Shown here: positions 1 through 6,886 of the stretch, piece after piece
How the letters are laid out: every line of letters begins with the position of its first letter
Position numbering within the stretch: position 1 is the stretch's first letter
IMG/VR virus record: IMGVR_UViG_2531839532_000006
DNA: 13,767 nucleotides
Reading direction: 5' to 3' (one strand)
Origin: a virus
Taxonomy: Duplodnaviria; Heunggongvirae; Uroviricota; Caudoviricetes
Program-made: the position numbers and the translations under genes
Notes under the pieces: model-generated
The model's input: the letters and a program-made list of their open reading frames with translations, nothing else
Databases searched by the model: none
What the model was told of the DNA's origin: nothing

Positions 1-77
1 GCAGAAGAATTAGCCTGAAATTAAAAGGTCTGACTCCAATTGAATATCGGAATCAGACCTATATGCCTCGTGTTTAA
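1..77 (+). CDS. 3' end of an IS3-family transposase gene (OrfB C-terminus), 5'-truncated by the window edge
   Basis: Frame beginning at nt 3 reads RRISLKLKGLTPIEYRNQTYMPRV then TAA at 75-77. The KLKGL(T/S)P.EYR ending is characteristic of IS150-group IS3-family OrfB proteins, recalled from memory. Only 25 codons are visible. Confidence 0.4.
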   Translation, partial: RRISLKLKGLTPIEYRNQTYMPRV

Positions 78-252
78 CTGTCCAACTTTTTGGGGTCAGT
101 ACAATCTGAGGCCAATTTCATGCTAGACACATGTAGGTTAGCCTCTTACGTGCCGAAAGGCACGGAGAAGCAGGCTATTGTTAACACCAAGCTGTAATGT
201 CCCCTTTGAACCATTCTAAAATGTCCCCAGACAATTCTCTGGGGGATTTTTC

Positions 253-1566
253 ATGATCAAAGAGACTGTTACGATGAGTCATAAGGAACTCCACCGACTT
301 CAGACTATTCAGGAACAAGCTGCGGCACGCATTGGCATTTCTATTCGGCAGGTTAAACGTCTGGTGCAACGGTATAGAAATGAAGGGCCTTCTGGTCTGG
401 TTTCCCACCGACGTGGAAAGCGTCCTAATAATTCCTTTTCTACTGAATTCAGAGCAACAGTAATTTCACTCCTCAAAGGCCGTTACGCTGATTTTGGACC
501 TACGTTTGCGTGCGAAAAATTGCGCGAGATACACGGTTTATCTTTATCCGTTGAAACTCTCAGAAAGTGGATGATAGAAGAGGGGTTATGGCGTGAACGC
601 CGTCGTAAAATTGCCCGTATATATCAACGCCGCATGCGACGACCATCTTACGGTGAACTGATCCAGATTGATGGCTCACCTCATGACTGGTTTGAAAATC
701 GAGGCCCCAGATGTACACTGATCGTTTTCATTGATGATGCCACCAGTGCGTTGATGGCGTTGCGTTTTGTGCCTGCTGAAACAACCCGGGCTTACATGGA
801 AACCCTCCGGGGTTACCTTAATGATCATGGCGTACCGCTCGCTCTCTACTCTGATAGACACAGTATATTCAGGGTAAATAACCCAGAGCGGGAAGGTGAG
901 CTGACCCAGTTCACTCGTGCGATAAAGACACTGGGCATCGAGCCAATCCATGCCAACAGCCCGCAGGCAAAAGGGCGGGTAGAGCGCGCCAATCAGACAC
1001 TACAGGACAGGCTGGTCAAAGAAATGCGGCTTCAGAATATCAGTGATATTGAAACAGCAAATGCATGGTTGCCGACCTTTATTGAAGCCTATAACAACCG
1101 GTTCGCTACGTCGCCTCGTACTACTGATAATGCTCATCTTGATGTGCACCATTCTGAAGAGGAACTGGGTTATATCTTCAGCCTACAGGCGAAGCGCGTT
1201 CTGTCTAAAAATCTCACTTTCCAGTACAAAAGCAGTGCGTTTCAGGTACGCAGTGAGGGCCGGGGATATCGACTTAGGCATTCGGTTGTTACTGTATGCG
1301 AGAACTTTGACGGTGAAATTAACGTTCTGTATGACGGGAAAGCGCTGGGCTGGGAAAAGTATGTTGATGGCCCGGAGCCTATACCACTGGATGATGAAAA
1401 GAGTGTCCATGAACGAGTGGATAATGCCCGTATTGATTTACGCTCAAAATACTATGTTAAACCTAAAGCTGACCATCCCTGGCTTACGCGCCGAACGCAA
1501 AGTCATCAGCAAGTTAAGCCCCCGAAGTTACCTAAAAAGAAGCCTGATCCCGATAAAAAAGATTGA
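253..1566 (+). CDS. DDE-type (rve integrase-core) IS transposase with N-terminal HTH; family not resolved (ISNCY / IS481-like)
   Basis: 437-aa ORF. N-terminus is HTH-like (RIGISIRQVKRLVQRY). Core has acidic residues spaced like a DDE triad (IQIDGSPHDW ... ALYSDRHSIF ... GRVERANQTLQ). ATG at 274 (MSHKEL) is an alternative start. Confidence 0.75.
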   Translation: MIKETVTMSHKELHRLQTIQEQAAARIGISIRQVKRLVQRYRNEGPSGLVSHRRGKRPNNSFSTEFRATVISLLKGRYADFGPTFACEKLREIHGLSLSVETLRKWMIEEGLWRERRRKIARIYQRRMRRPSYGELIQIDGSPHDWFENRGPRCTLIVFIDDATSALMALRFVPAETTRAYMETLRGYLNDHGVPLALYSDRHSIFRVNNPEREGELTQFTRAIKTLGIEPIHANSPQAKGRVERANQTLQDRLVKEMRLQNISDIETANAWLPTFIEAYNNRFATSPRTTDNAHLDVHHSEEELGYIFSLQAKRVLSKNLTFQYKSSAFQVRSEGRGYRLRHSVVTVCENFDGEINVLYDGKALGWEKYVDGPEPIPLDDEKSVHERVDNARIDLRSKYYVKPKADHPWLTRRTQSHQQVKPPKLPKKKPDPDKKD

Positions 1567-2002
1567 AACCAAGATCGATTCGGCTGAGTGCATATCCATT
1601 CATAGGGTAGATTCTTAAGTCGCGTTTCTGGTGTTCATTTTCGGGTGGTTTGTTACTTGTTTTACCGGGGATATGCCAGAAACGCGCTGAGTCAGTCTGG
1701 GCGGTGCGCGTAATGAGGCGTTATGGTAAATAGCCTATGCTAATGTCCGCTAAGAGCAAGAAGCGGAAGTTGGCAGTTTTGTGGACTGTCCCCACAAAAG
1801 TGACTACAGAAATAGTTGCAATTCATAATTGATCATGGGTTGTCAGTTAAACTCGTGGCGATTTAAATAGACTAATTGGGAGTGCGTCCATTACTTATAT
1901 CTTGTAATGTTAACTATCAGAAATGATACAAAGATAATATGTCTTTAAAGAAAAGGCTGATGGCGAAAAGTGGCCCGATGAGGGCCACAATACGGCTGTC
2001 AC

Positions 2003-2335
2003 TTAGACGTAAATATCAATGGTGCCAGCGGTATTTGTATCGTCTTTTTTCTCTTCTTTTTTATCAGGCTGAACTGTCGCGTCTTCATTCTTTTTCTCTG
2101 CCTGCTGCCTTAACAACTGCTCCAGTTGAGCCCAGAGGCTTTCAATTTGCTTCTGTACCAATGCAGCCATTTCTTTTTTCTGCTGTGTCGTCATCCCCTC
2201 TTCCGATGAGATTTTCCCAAGCTTTTCAGTCAGCACCTGAATTTGTCTTGTGATTTTGGCTATTTCTGATGTTCCTTCCGGGGCGGAGTTGTTTGAAATA
2301 ACGGTTGAGGTATTTCCCTGAATTGTGACAGACAT
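2003..2335 (-). CDS. flxA: FlxA-like protein (Gln/Lys-rich, coiled-coil-like; FliA-regulated in E. coli K-12 Qin prophage)
   Basis: 110-aa ORF with RBS AAAAGGAGAAATCT before the ATG. A sigma-28 type promoter lies immediately upstream. Gene order flxA / ydfV / relB / relE / hokD matches the Qin prophage as I recall it. Confidence 0.6.
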   Translation of the reverse strand: MSVTIQGNTSTVISNNSAPEGTSEIAKITRQIQVLTEKLGKISSEEGMTTQQKKEMAALVQKQIESLWAQLEQLLRQQAEKKNEDATVQPDKKEEKKDDTNTAGTIDIYV

Positions 2336-2358
2336 AGATTTCTCCTTTTAAAAAAGCA

Positions 2359-2385
2359 CTATCGGCATGCACAAAAAAATCTTTA
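2359..2385 (-). promoter_or_regulatory. sigma-28 (FliA) class III promoter for flxA: -35 TAAAGATT, 11-nt spacer, -10 GCCGATAG (read on minus strand)
   Basis: Reverse complement of 2359-2385 gives TAAAGATT-N11-GCCGATAG, against the consensus TAAAGTTT-N11-GCCGATAA. It sits about 25 nt upstream of the flxA start codon. Confidence 0.6.
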
Positions 2386-2537
2386 ATCGTATTTCTTGTG
2401 TCATTAATTGTTTGATGTTCAGATTGTTTTCCTCGCGGGCTGGCGCGCCTCAGAAAGTAAAGCTTGTTGACAGGGGTAAACGTTCGGCAATAATTTTCTG
2501 CCGCATGCGGGTGTTGCATAAAACGTGTTACGTTCCT

Positions 2538-2843
2538 TTATCGACAGGTCAGGTCACCGCTCACCCGCCGACGAGAAAGCAACACTGACATGCTAAAGCA
2601 AAAAATAGATGAATAAGTTGAGTTGTGCATATGTAGCCTGACCGTCACAAAGTATATGGTGTCTGTACCAGTAAGATGATGGCCGGACTCTTTAAAAACG
2701 AGCTGACCTGCACAATACAGGATGGACTTAGCAATGGCTGCTCCTGGCACAAAGCGGACAGTGATCACCGTTCTTACGACTACTTTCTGACTTCCTTCGT
2801 GACTTGCCCTAAGCATGTTGTAGTGCGATACTTGTAATGACAT
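2538..2843 (-). CDS. ydfV: Hypothetical protein, ydfV-like by position and length (101 aa)
   Basis: 101-aa ORF divergent from relB. Its start codon falls inside the relBE operator region and no RBS is evident, so it may not be translated. Confidence 0.3.
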   Translation of the reverse strand: MSLQVSHYNMLRASHEGSQKVVVRTVITVRFVPGAAIAKSILYCAGQLVFKESGHHLTGTDTIYFVTVRLHMHNSTYSSIFCFSMSVLLSRRRVSGDLTCR

Positions 2844-2856
2844 TTGTAATTACAAG
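2832..2856 (+). promoter_or_regulatory. relBE operator (relO): TTGTAAT repeats including the 12-bp perfect palindrome TTGTAATTACAA
   Basis: CTTGTAATGACATTTGTAATTACAAG lies directly upstream of the relB RBS (AGAGGTG) and start codon. The palindrome at 2844-2855 is seen directly. Confidence 0.6.
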
Positions 2857-2867
2857 AGGTGTAAGAC

Positions 2868-3107
2868 ATGGGTAGCATTAACCTGCGTATTGACGATGAA
2901 CTTAAAGCGCGTTCTTACGCCGCGCTTGAAAAAATGGGTGTAACTCCTTCTGAAGCGCTTCGTCTCATGCTCGAGTATATCGCTGACAATGAACGCTTGC
3001 CGTTCAAACAGACACTCCTGAGTGATGAAGATGCTGAACTTGTGGAGATAGTGAAAGAACGGCTTCGTAATCCTAAGCCAGTACGTGTGACGCTGGATGA
3101 ACTCTGA
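2868..3107 (+). CDS. relB: RelB antitoxin (ribbon-helix-helix)
   Basis: 79-aa ORF MGSINLRIDDELKARSYAALEKMGVTPSEALRLMLEYIADNERLPF... recognised as E. coli RelB. Its stop overlaps the relE start (ATGA at 3104-3110). Confidence 0.9.
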   Translation: MGSINLRIDDELKARSYAALEKMGVTPSEALRLMLEYIADNERLPFKQTLLSDEDAELVEIVKERLRNPKPVRVTLDEL

Positions 3108-3394
3108 TGGCGTATTTTCTGGATTTTGACGAGCGGGCACTAAAGGAATGGCGAAAGCTGGGCTCGACGGTACGTGAACAGTTGAAAAAGAAGCTGGTTG
3201 AAGTACTTGAGTCACCCCGGATTGAAGCAAACAAGCTCCGTGGTATGCCTGATTGTTACAAGATTAAGCTCCGGTCTTCAGGCTATCGCCTTGTATACCA
3301 GGTTATAGACGAGAAAGTTGTCGTTTTCGTGATTTCTGTTGGGAAAAGAGAACGCTCGGAAGTATATAGCGAGGCGGTCAAACGCATTCTCTGA
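3107..3394 (+). CDS. relE: RelE mRNA-interferase toxin
   Basis: 95-aa ORF MAYFLDFDERALKEWRKLGSTVREQLKKKLVEVLESPRIEANKLRGMPDCYKIKLRSSGYRLVYQVIDEKVVVFVISVGKRERSEVYSEAVKRIL recognised as E. coli RelE, translationally coupled to relB. Confidence 0.9.
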   Translation: MAYFLDFDERALKEWRKLGSTVREQLKKKLVEVLESPRIEANKLRGMPDCYKIKLRSSGYRLVYQVIDEKVVVFVISVGKRERSEVYSEAVKRIL

Positions 3395-3465
3395 ACCAAA
3401 GCATGACATCTCTGTTTCGCACCGAAGGTGACACTTCTGCTTTGCGTTGACAGGAGAAGCAGGCT

Positions 3466-3621
3466 ATGAAGCAGCAAAAGGCGATGTTAATCGCCCTGAT
3501 CGTCATCTGTTTAACCGTCATAGTGACGGCACTGGTAACGAGGAAAGACCTCTGCGAGGTACGAATCCGAACCGGCCAGACGGAGGTCGCTGTCTTCACA
3601 GCTTACGAACCTGAGGAGTAA
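3466..3621 (+). CDS. hokD: Hok-family small membrane toxin (HokD / RelF)
   Basis: 51-aa ORF below the ORF-track cutoff, translated by hand: MKQQKAMLIALIVICLTVIVTALVTRKDLCEVRIRTGQTEVAVFTAYEPEE. RBS GGAGAAGCAGG precedes the ATG at 3466; stop TAA at 3619-3621. One TM helix plus the conserved Hok C-terminus. Confidence 0.8.
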   Translation: MKQQKAMLIALIVICLTVIVTALVTRKDLCEVRIRTGQTEVAVFTAYEPEE

Positions 3622-3689
3622 GAGACCTGGCGGGGGAGAAATCCCTCGCCACCTCTGATGTGTCAGGCATCCTCAACGCACCCGCACTT

Positions 3690-3716
3690 AACCCGCTTCG
3701 GCGGGTTTTGTTTTTT
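3690..3716 (+). terminator. Rho-independent terminator ending the relBE-hokD operon
   Basis: AACCCGC-TTCG-GCGGGTT hairpin followed by TTTGTTTTTT. Confidence 0.7.
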
Positions 3717-3788
3717 CCTGGCATTCTGGTTTACAATTCGCACGTCAGCCTGAACACCTGACACCTGCTGCGCCAGCAGAGAAAACAG

Positions 3789-4061
3789 ATGGCGCACAAA
3801 ACCAAATTTCACAATTCTGATACCGACCTTGCCATCCGGCATGAGCGGCGTTCACACGCATTTAAAACCGACTGGTACCAACACCCACCATGTACTGAAG
3901 AACAGGCCGAATGGCTGATTCATAACTACCGCAGACGTGGATATGAGTTTAGGAAAGCCCTCACCCTCGATTATCGTCACTGGATAATCTACGTCAGACT
4001 CCCTTATTCCGAACGCCCACCGCGTCCGTCCCGCACATTCCAGCAACGCATCTGGAGGTAA
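3789..4061 (+). CDS. Small basic hypothetical protein, rem-like by position
   Basis: 90-aa ORF between hokD and the DUF968 gene. Its stop TAA (4059-4061) is 1 nt before the GTG start of the next gene. Confidence 0.4.
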   Translation: MAHKTKFHNSDTDLAIRHERRSHAFKTDWYQHPPCTEEQAEWLIHNYRRRGYEFRKALTLDYRHWIIYVRLPYSERPPRPSRTFQQRIWR

Positions 4062-4062
4062 C

Positions 4063-5109
4063 GTGCGGGTATTACTTCGACCTGTTCTGGTACCGGAACT
4101 CGGGCTGGTGATCGTTAAGCCGGGCCGTGAATCCATGCCGGTATTCCACAATACCCGGGTACTGGTGGAGCCGGAACCGAAAAGCATGCGTAATCTGCCG
4201 TCCGGGGTCGTTCCTGCCGTTCGCCAGCCGCTGGTGGAAGACAAAACATTGCTGCCGTTTTTCAGTAACGCACGGGTAATTCGTGCTGCTGGTGGTGCTG
4301 GTGCATTGTCTGACTGGCTGTTGCGCAATATTAAATCCTGCCAGTGGCCACACGGCGATTATCATCACAGCGAAACCGTTATTCACCGTTATGGTACCGG
4401 CGCAATGGTGTTGTGCTGGCACTGCGACAACCAGCTGCGTGACCAGACATCCGAATCACTCGAGCAACTTGCTCATCAAAACCTGTCAGCATGGATGATT
4501 GACGTCATCGGTCACGCAATAAGCGGTACGCAGGAGCGTGAATTATCTCTGGCTGAATTATCCTGGTGGGCGGTCCGCAATCAGGTGGCGGACGCGCTAC
4601 CGGAAGCGGTATTACGTCGTTCGCTGGGGTTGCGTGCGGAAAAAATCCGCTCAATGTACCGTGAAAGCGACATCGTACCGGGAGAGCAGACCGCCACCAG
4701 CATACTGAAGCAGCGCACAAAAAATCTTGCGCCGCTGCCTCACGCCCACCAGCAAAACCCGCCACAGGAAGAGACGGTGGTCAGCATTGCCGTTGATCCT
4801 GAGTCTCCGGAATCTTTCATGAAACGACCTAAACGTCGCCGCTGGGTTAACGAGAAATACACACGCTGGGTGAAGACACAGCCGTGTGCGTGTTGTGGTA
4901 AGCCAGCCGACGATCCCCATCACCTGATTGGTCATGGTCAGGGCGGAATGGGGACAAAATCTCACGATATTTTCACGCTACCGCTGTGTCGGGAGCATCA
5001 CAACGAGCTTCATGCGGATCCTCTGGCGTTCGAAGAAAAGCATGGTTCTCAGGTTGATTTAATTTTTCGTTTTCTTGATCACGCCTTTGCAACTGGCGTG
5101 CTTGGGTAA
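4063..5109 (+). CDS. ydfU: DUF968-type prophage protein (YdfU-like) with a C-terminal Cys/His HNH-like motif
   Basis: 348-aa ORF with GTG start, SD GGAGG 4 nt upstream. C-terminus CACCGKPADDPHHLIGHGQGGMGTKSHDIFTLPLCREHHNELH looks like a zinc-binding HNH-type fold. Position upstream of rusA and Q matches Qin ydfU (349 aa) as I recall it. Confidence 0.55.
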   Translation: MRVLLRPVLVPELGLVIVKPGRESMPVFHNTRVLVEPEPKSMRNLPSGVVPAVRQPLVEDKTLLPFFSNARVIRAAGGAGALSDWLLRNIKSCQWPHGDYHHSETVIHRYGTGAMVLCWHCDNQLRDQTSESLEQLAHQNLSAWMIDVIGHAISGTQERELSLAELSWWAVRNQVADALPEAVLRRSLGLRAEKIRSMYRESDIVPGEQTATSILKQRTKNLAPLPHAHQQNPPQEETVVSIAVDPESPESFMKRPKRRRWVNEKYTRWVKTQPCACCGKPADDPHHLIGHGQGGMGTKSHDIFTLPLCREHHNELHADPLAFEEKHGSQVDLIFRFLDHAFATGVLG

Positions 5110-5121
5110 AAGAGGTGACTG

Positions 5122-5496
5122 ATGCTCATAGATTTGGTTTTACCTTACCCGCCGACGGTGAACACTTACTGGCGACGCCGTGGCAGCACATATTTTGTAT
5201 CAAAAGCCGGGGAGCGTTATCGCCGGGCAGTGGCGCTTATTGTTCGCCAGCAGCGGCTGAAATTAAGCCTGTCCGGAAGGCTGGCGATAAAGGTGATTGC
5301 AGAGCCACCGGATAAGCGTCGTCGCGACCTGGACAATATCCTGAAAGCACCGCTGGATGCGCTGACGCATGCGGGAGTGTTAATGGACGATGAGCAGTTT
5401 GATGAAATCAATATCGTTCGTGGTCAGCCAGTATCTGGAGGACCTCTGGGGGTGAAGATTTACCCCATAATGCATGAAGAGCAGGTCAAAAAATGA
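5122..5496 (+). CDS. rusA: RusA-family Holliday-junction resolvase
   Basis: 124-aa ORF with LPYPPTVNTYWRRRG and RRRDLDNILKAPLDALTHAGVLMDDEQ motifs typical of RusA. SD AGAGGTG upstream; nin-region position immediately before Q. Confidence 0.85.
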   Translation: MLIDLVLPYPPTVNTYWRRRGSTYFVSKAGERYRRAVALIVRQQRLKLSLSGRLAIKVIAEPPDKRRRDLDNILKAPLDALTHAGVLMDDEQFDEINIVRGQPVSGGPLGVKIYPIMHEEQVKK

Positions 5497-6314
5497 AACT
5501 GGAAGATTTACCGAAATACTACTCCCCAAAATCCCCTTGCCTGACCGATGCATCGGCCTCAACGTCAAAAGATGCGCTGAGTATCACTGATGTGATGGCC
5601 GCGCAGGGCATGACACAGAATCGGGCTGAGATGGGGTTTTCTGCGTTCCTGGGGAAAATGGGCATCAGTATGAATGACAGGGCGCGGGCAACAGAATTAC
5701 TGGCAGATTATGCACTCAGTCGGTGCGATCGTGTGGCGGCGTTGAGAAAACTTCCGGCAGAAATAAAACCGGTAGTGATGCGCATTATGGCTACGTATGC
5801 GTTTGAAGATTATGCCCGCAGTGCAGCGAGTAAAAAGCAGTGTCCTTGTTGCCGTGGGGAAAAATTTATTGAAAGCATAGTTTTTACAAACAAGGTCCAG
5901 TATCCGGATGGTAAGCCGCCGGTATGGGCAAAGTGTACGAAAGGTGTGTATCCGTCTTACTGGGAAGAATGGAAAAAAGTCAGGGAGGTGGTAAAAGTTG
6001 CCTGTCCGGAGTGTGGCGGAAAGGGTGAGGTTTCCACCGCCTGTAAGGATTGCCGTGGGCGTGGTGTCGCCATTCATCGTGAAGAGTCGGTAAAACGTGG
6101 TATGCCTGTTATCAGAGACTGCCAGCGTTGTGATGGTCGTGGCTGTGAAAGACTACCATCAACGGAGGCATTTAATGCCATACGCAAAGTGACGAGTGCT
6201 ATCACGCTTGATACGTGGAAAAAATCAGTGAAACGCTTTTACGATACGTTGGTGGTTCGGTTTGACATTGAAGAGGCATGGGCGGAGCGGCAGTTAAAGA
6301 GGGTAACGCGATAG
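5493..6314 (+). CDS. Q: Late-gene antiterminator Q (zinc-ribbon-rich; Q82 / QuuQ-like)
   Basis: 273-aa ORF whose start overlaps the rusA stop (ATGA). Contains CPCCRG, CPECGGKG, CKDCRGRG and CQRCDGRG repeats. A promoter plus intrinsic terminator follow immediately downstream, as expected for Q. Confidence 0.7.
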   Translation: MKLEDLPKYYSPKSPCLTDASASTSKDALSITDVMAAQGMTQNRAEMGFSAFLGKMGISMNDRARATELLADYALSRCDRVAALRKLPAEIKPVVMRIMATYAFEDYARSAASKKQCPCCRGEKFIESIVFTNKVQYPDGKPPVWAKCTKGVYPSYWEEWKKVREVVKVACPECGGKGEVSTACKDCRGRGVAIHREESVKRGMPVIRDCQRCDGRGCERLPSTEAFNAIRKVTSAITLDTWKKSVKRFYDTLVVRFDIEEAWAERQLKRVTR

Positions 6315-6319
6315 TGTTG

Positions 6320-6347
6320 TTGATTTTTCCCGAATCTGTGGTAAATT
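6320..6347 (+). promoter_or_regulatory. Candidate late promoter PR' (-35 TTGATT, 16-nt spacer, -10 TAAATT) with presumed overlapping qut site
   Basis: Promoter-like hexamers sit directly after the Q stop codon and about 50 nt upstream of a strong intrinsic terminator. Confidence 0.45.
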
Positions 6348-6395
6348 TGCTCTAACGATGGGCGTTTTATGCCTGACGTTAGAAGATTTTTTACA

Positions 6396-6418
6396 CCCCG
6401 CCGCCTGGCGGGTTTTTT
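6396..6418 (+). terminator. tR'-like intrinsic terminator downstream of PR'
   Basis: CCCGCC-GCCT-GGCGGG hairpin followed by TTTTTT. Confidence 0.65.
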
Positions 6419-6538
6419 ATGACTGAAATCGCGTCAGTACAGTAAACGCGCTGGTGGCGGTGAATACCTGTCTTTCAGCTTGCTGGCTTTTTCGACAAGA
6501 GTTATTGGTGTGTCACGTTAACCGGAAAAGGAAAAGAC

Positions 6539-6736
6539 ATGCTAAAACAGCAGGATATGACAGAAACCGCCAGAGTGGTGTTTAATGAATTAAGCGTTAC
6601 CGACCCGGCGACAGTCGGGGAGATAGCGCAGAATACTTACCTTTCACGCGAACGCTGCCAGTTAATACTGACTCAGCTGGTTATGGCGGGTCTGGCAGAC
6701 TATCAGTTCGGTTGTTACAGACGCCTTCCGCAGTGA
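6539..6736 (+). CDS. Small hypothetical protein, possibly a winged-helix DNA-binding protein
   Basis: 65-aa ORF with a good RBS (AAAGGAAAAG, about 5 nt spacing). Its stop codon lies within an intrinsic terminator hairpin. Confidence 0.45.
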   Translation: MLKQQDMTETARVVFNELSVTDPATVGEIAQNTYLSRERCQLILTQLVMAGLADYQFGCYRRLPQ

Positions 6737-6747
6737 AGGCTTTTTTA
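6723..6747 (+). terminator. Intrinsic terminator overlapping the stop codon of the 65-aa ORF
   Basis: GCCTTC-CGCAGT-GAAGGC hairpin followed by TTTTTTATTT. Confidence 0.5.
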
Positions 6748-6763
6748 TTTGTGGTAAATGGGC

Positions 6764-6794
6764 GGCTGGTGGGTGTTAGGGGCACCCACCAGCC
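6764..6794. repeat. Perfect 12-bp inverted repeat (GGCTGGTGGGTG / CACCCACCAGCC, 7-nt loop) with no U-tract
   Basis: Seen directly in the leader of the methyltransferase gene. A second copy of the PR' core TGTGGTAAAT sits just upstream at 6752-6761. Confidence 0.6.
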
Positions 6795-6886
6795 ATCTGC
6801 TCATGCGTCCGGATCACAAGCAAACCTCAGGCCCACTGCTTTGCGCAAAAGCAGAATGAGCCTATCAGAGACAGGCTTAATGATCC

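Noticed and set aside
676-1618. ORFs 676..951 (-), 1043..1618 (+) and 1183..1410 (-) overlapping the transposase gene
   Set aside because: They lie antisense or out of frame within a well-supported 437-aa transposase ORF, with no RBS and unusual composition.
1939-2588. ORFs 1939..2253 (+), 2226..2519 (-) and 2367..2588 (+) around flxA
   Set aside because: They overlap flxA or its sigma-28 promoter in other frames. flxA has a clear RBS and promoter; these have neither.
2850-3599. Minus-strand ORFs 2850..3230, 3283..3477 and 3378..3599 antisense to relB, relE and hokD
   Set aside because: They are antisense to three recognised genes. The region opposite the hok start could in principle carry a Sok-like antisense RNA, but I see no clear promoter and these are not protein genes.
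3852-4965. Minus-strand ORFs 3852..4328, 4072..4422, 4505..4765, 4651..4965 and plus-strand 4283..4498 within the DUF968 gene
   Set aside because: Shadow ORFs of a GC-rich 348-aa gene with no independent start signals.
5115-6077. ORFs 5115..5315 (+), 5217..5411 (-), 5380..5568 (-) and 5697..6077 (-) overlapping rusA and Q
   Set aside because: Out-of-frame or antisense overlaps of two well-supported, translationally coupled genes.
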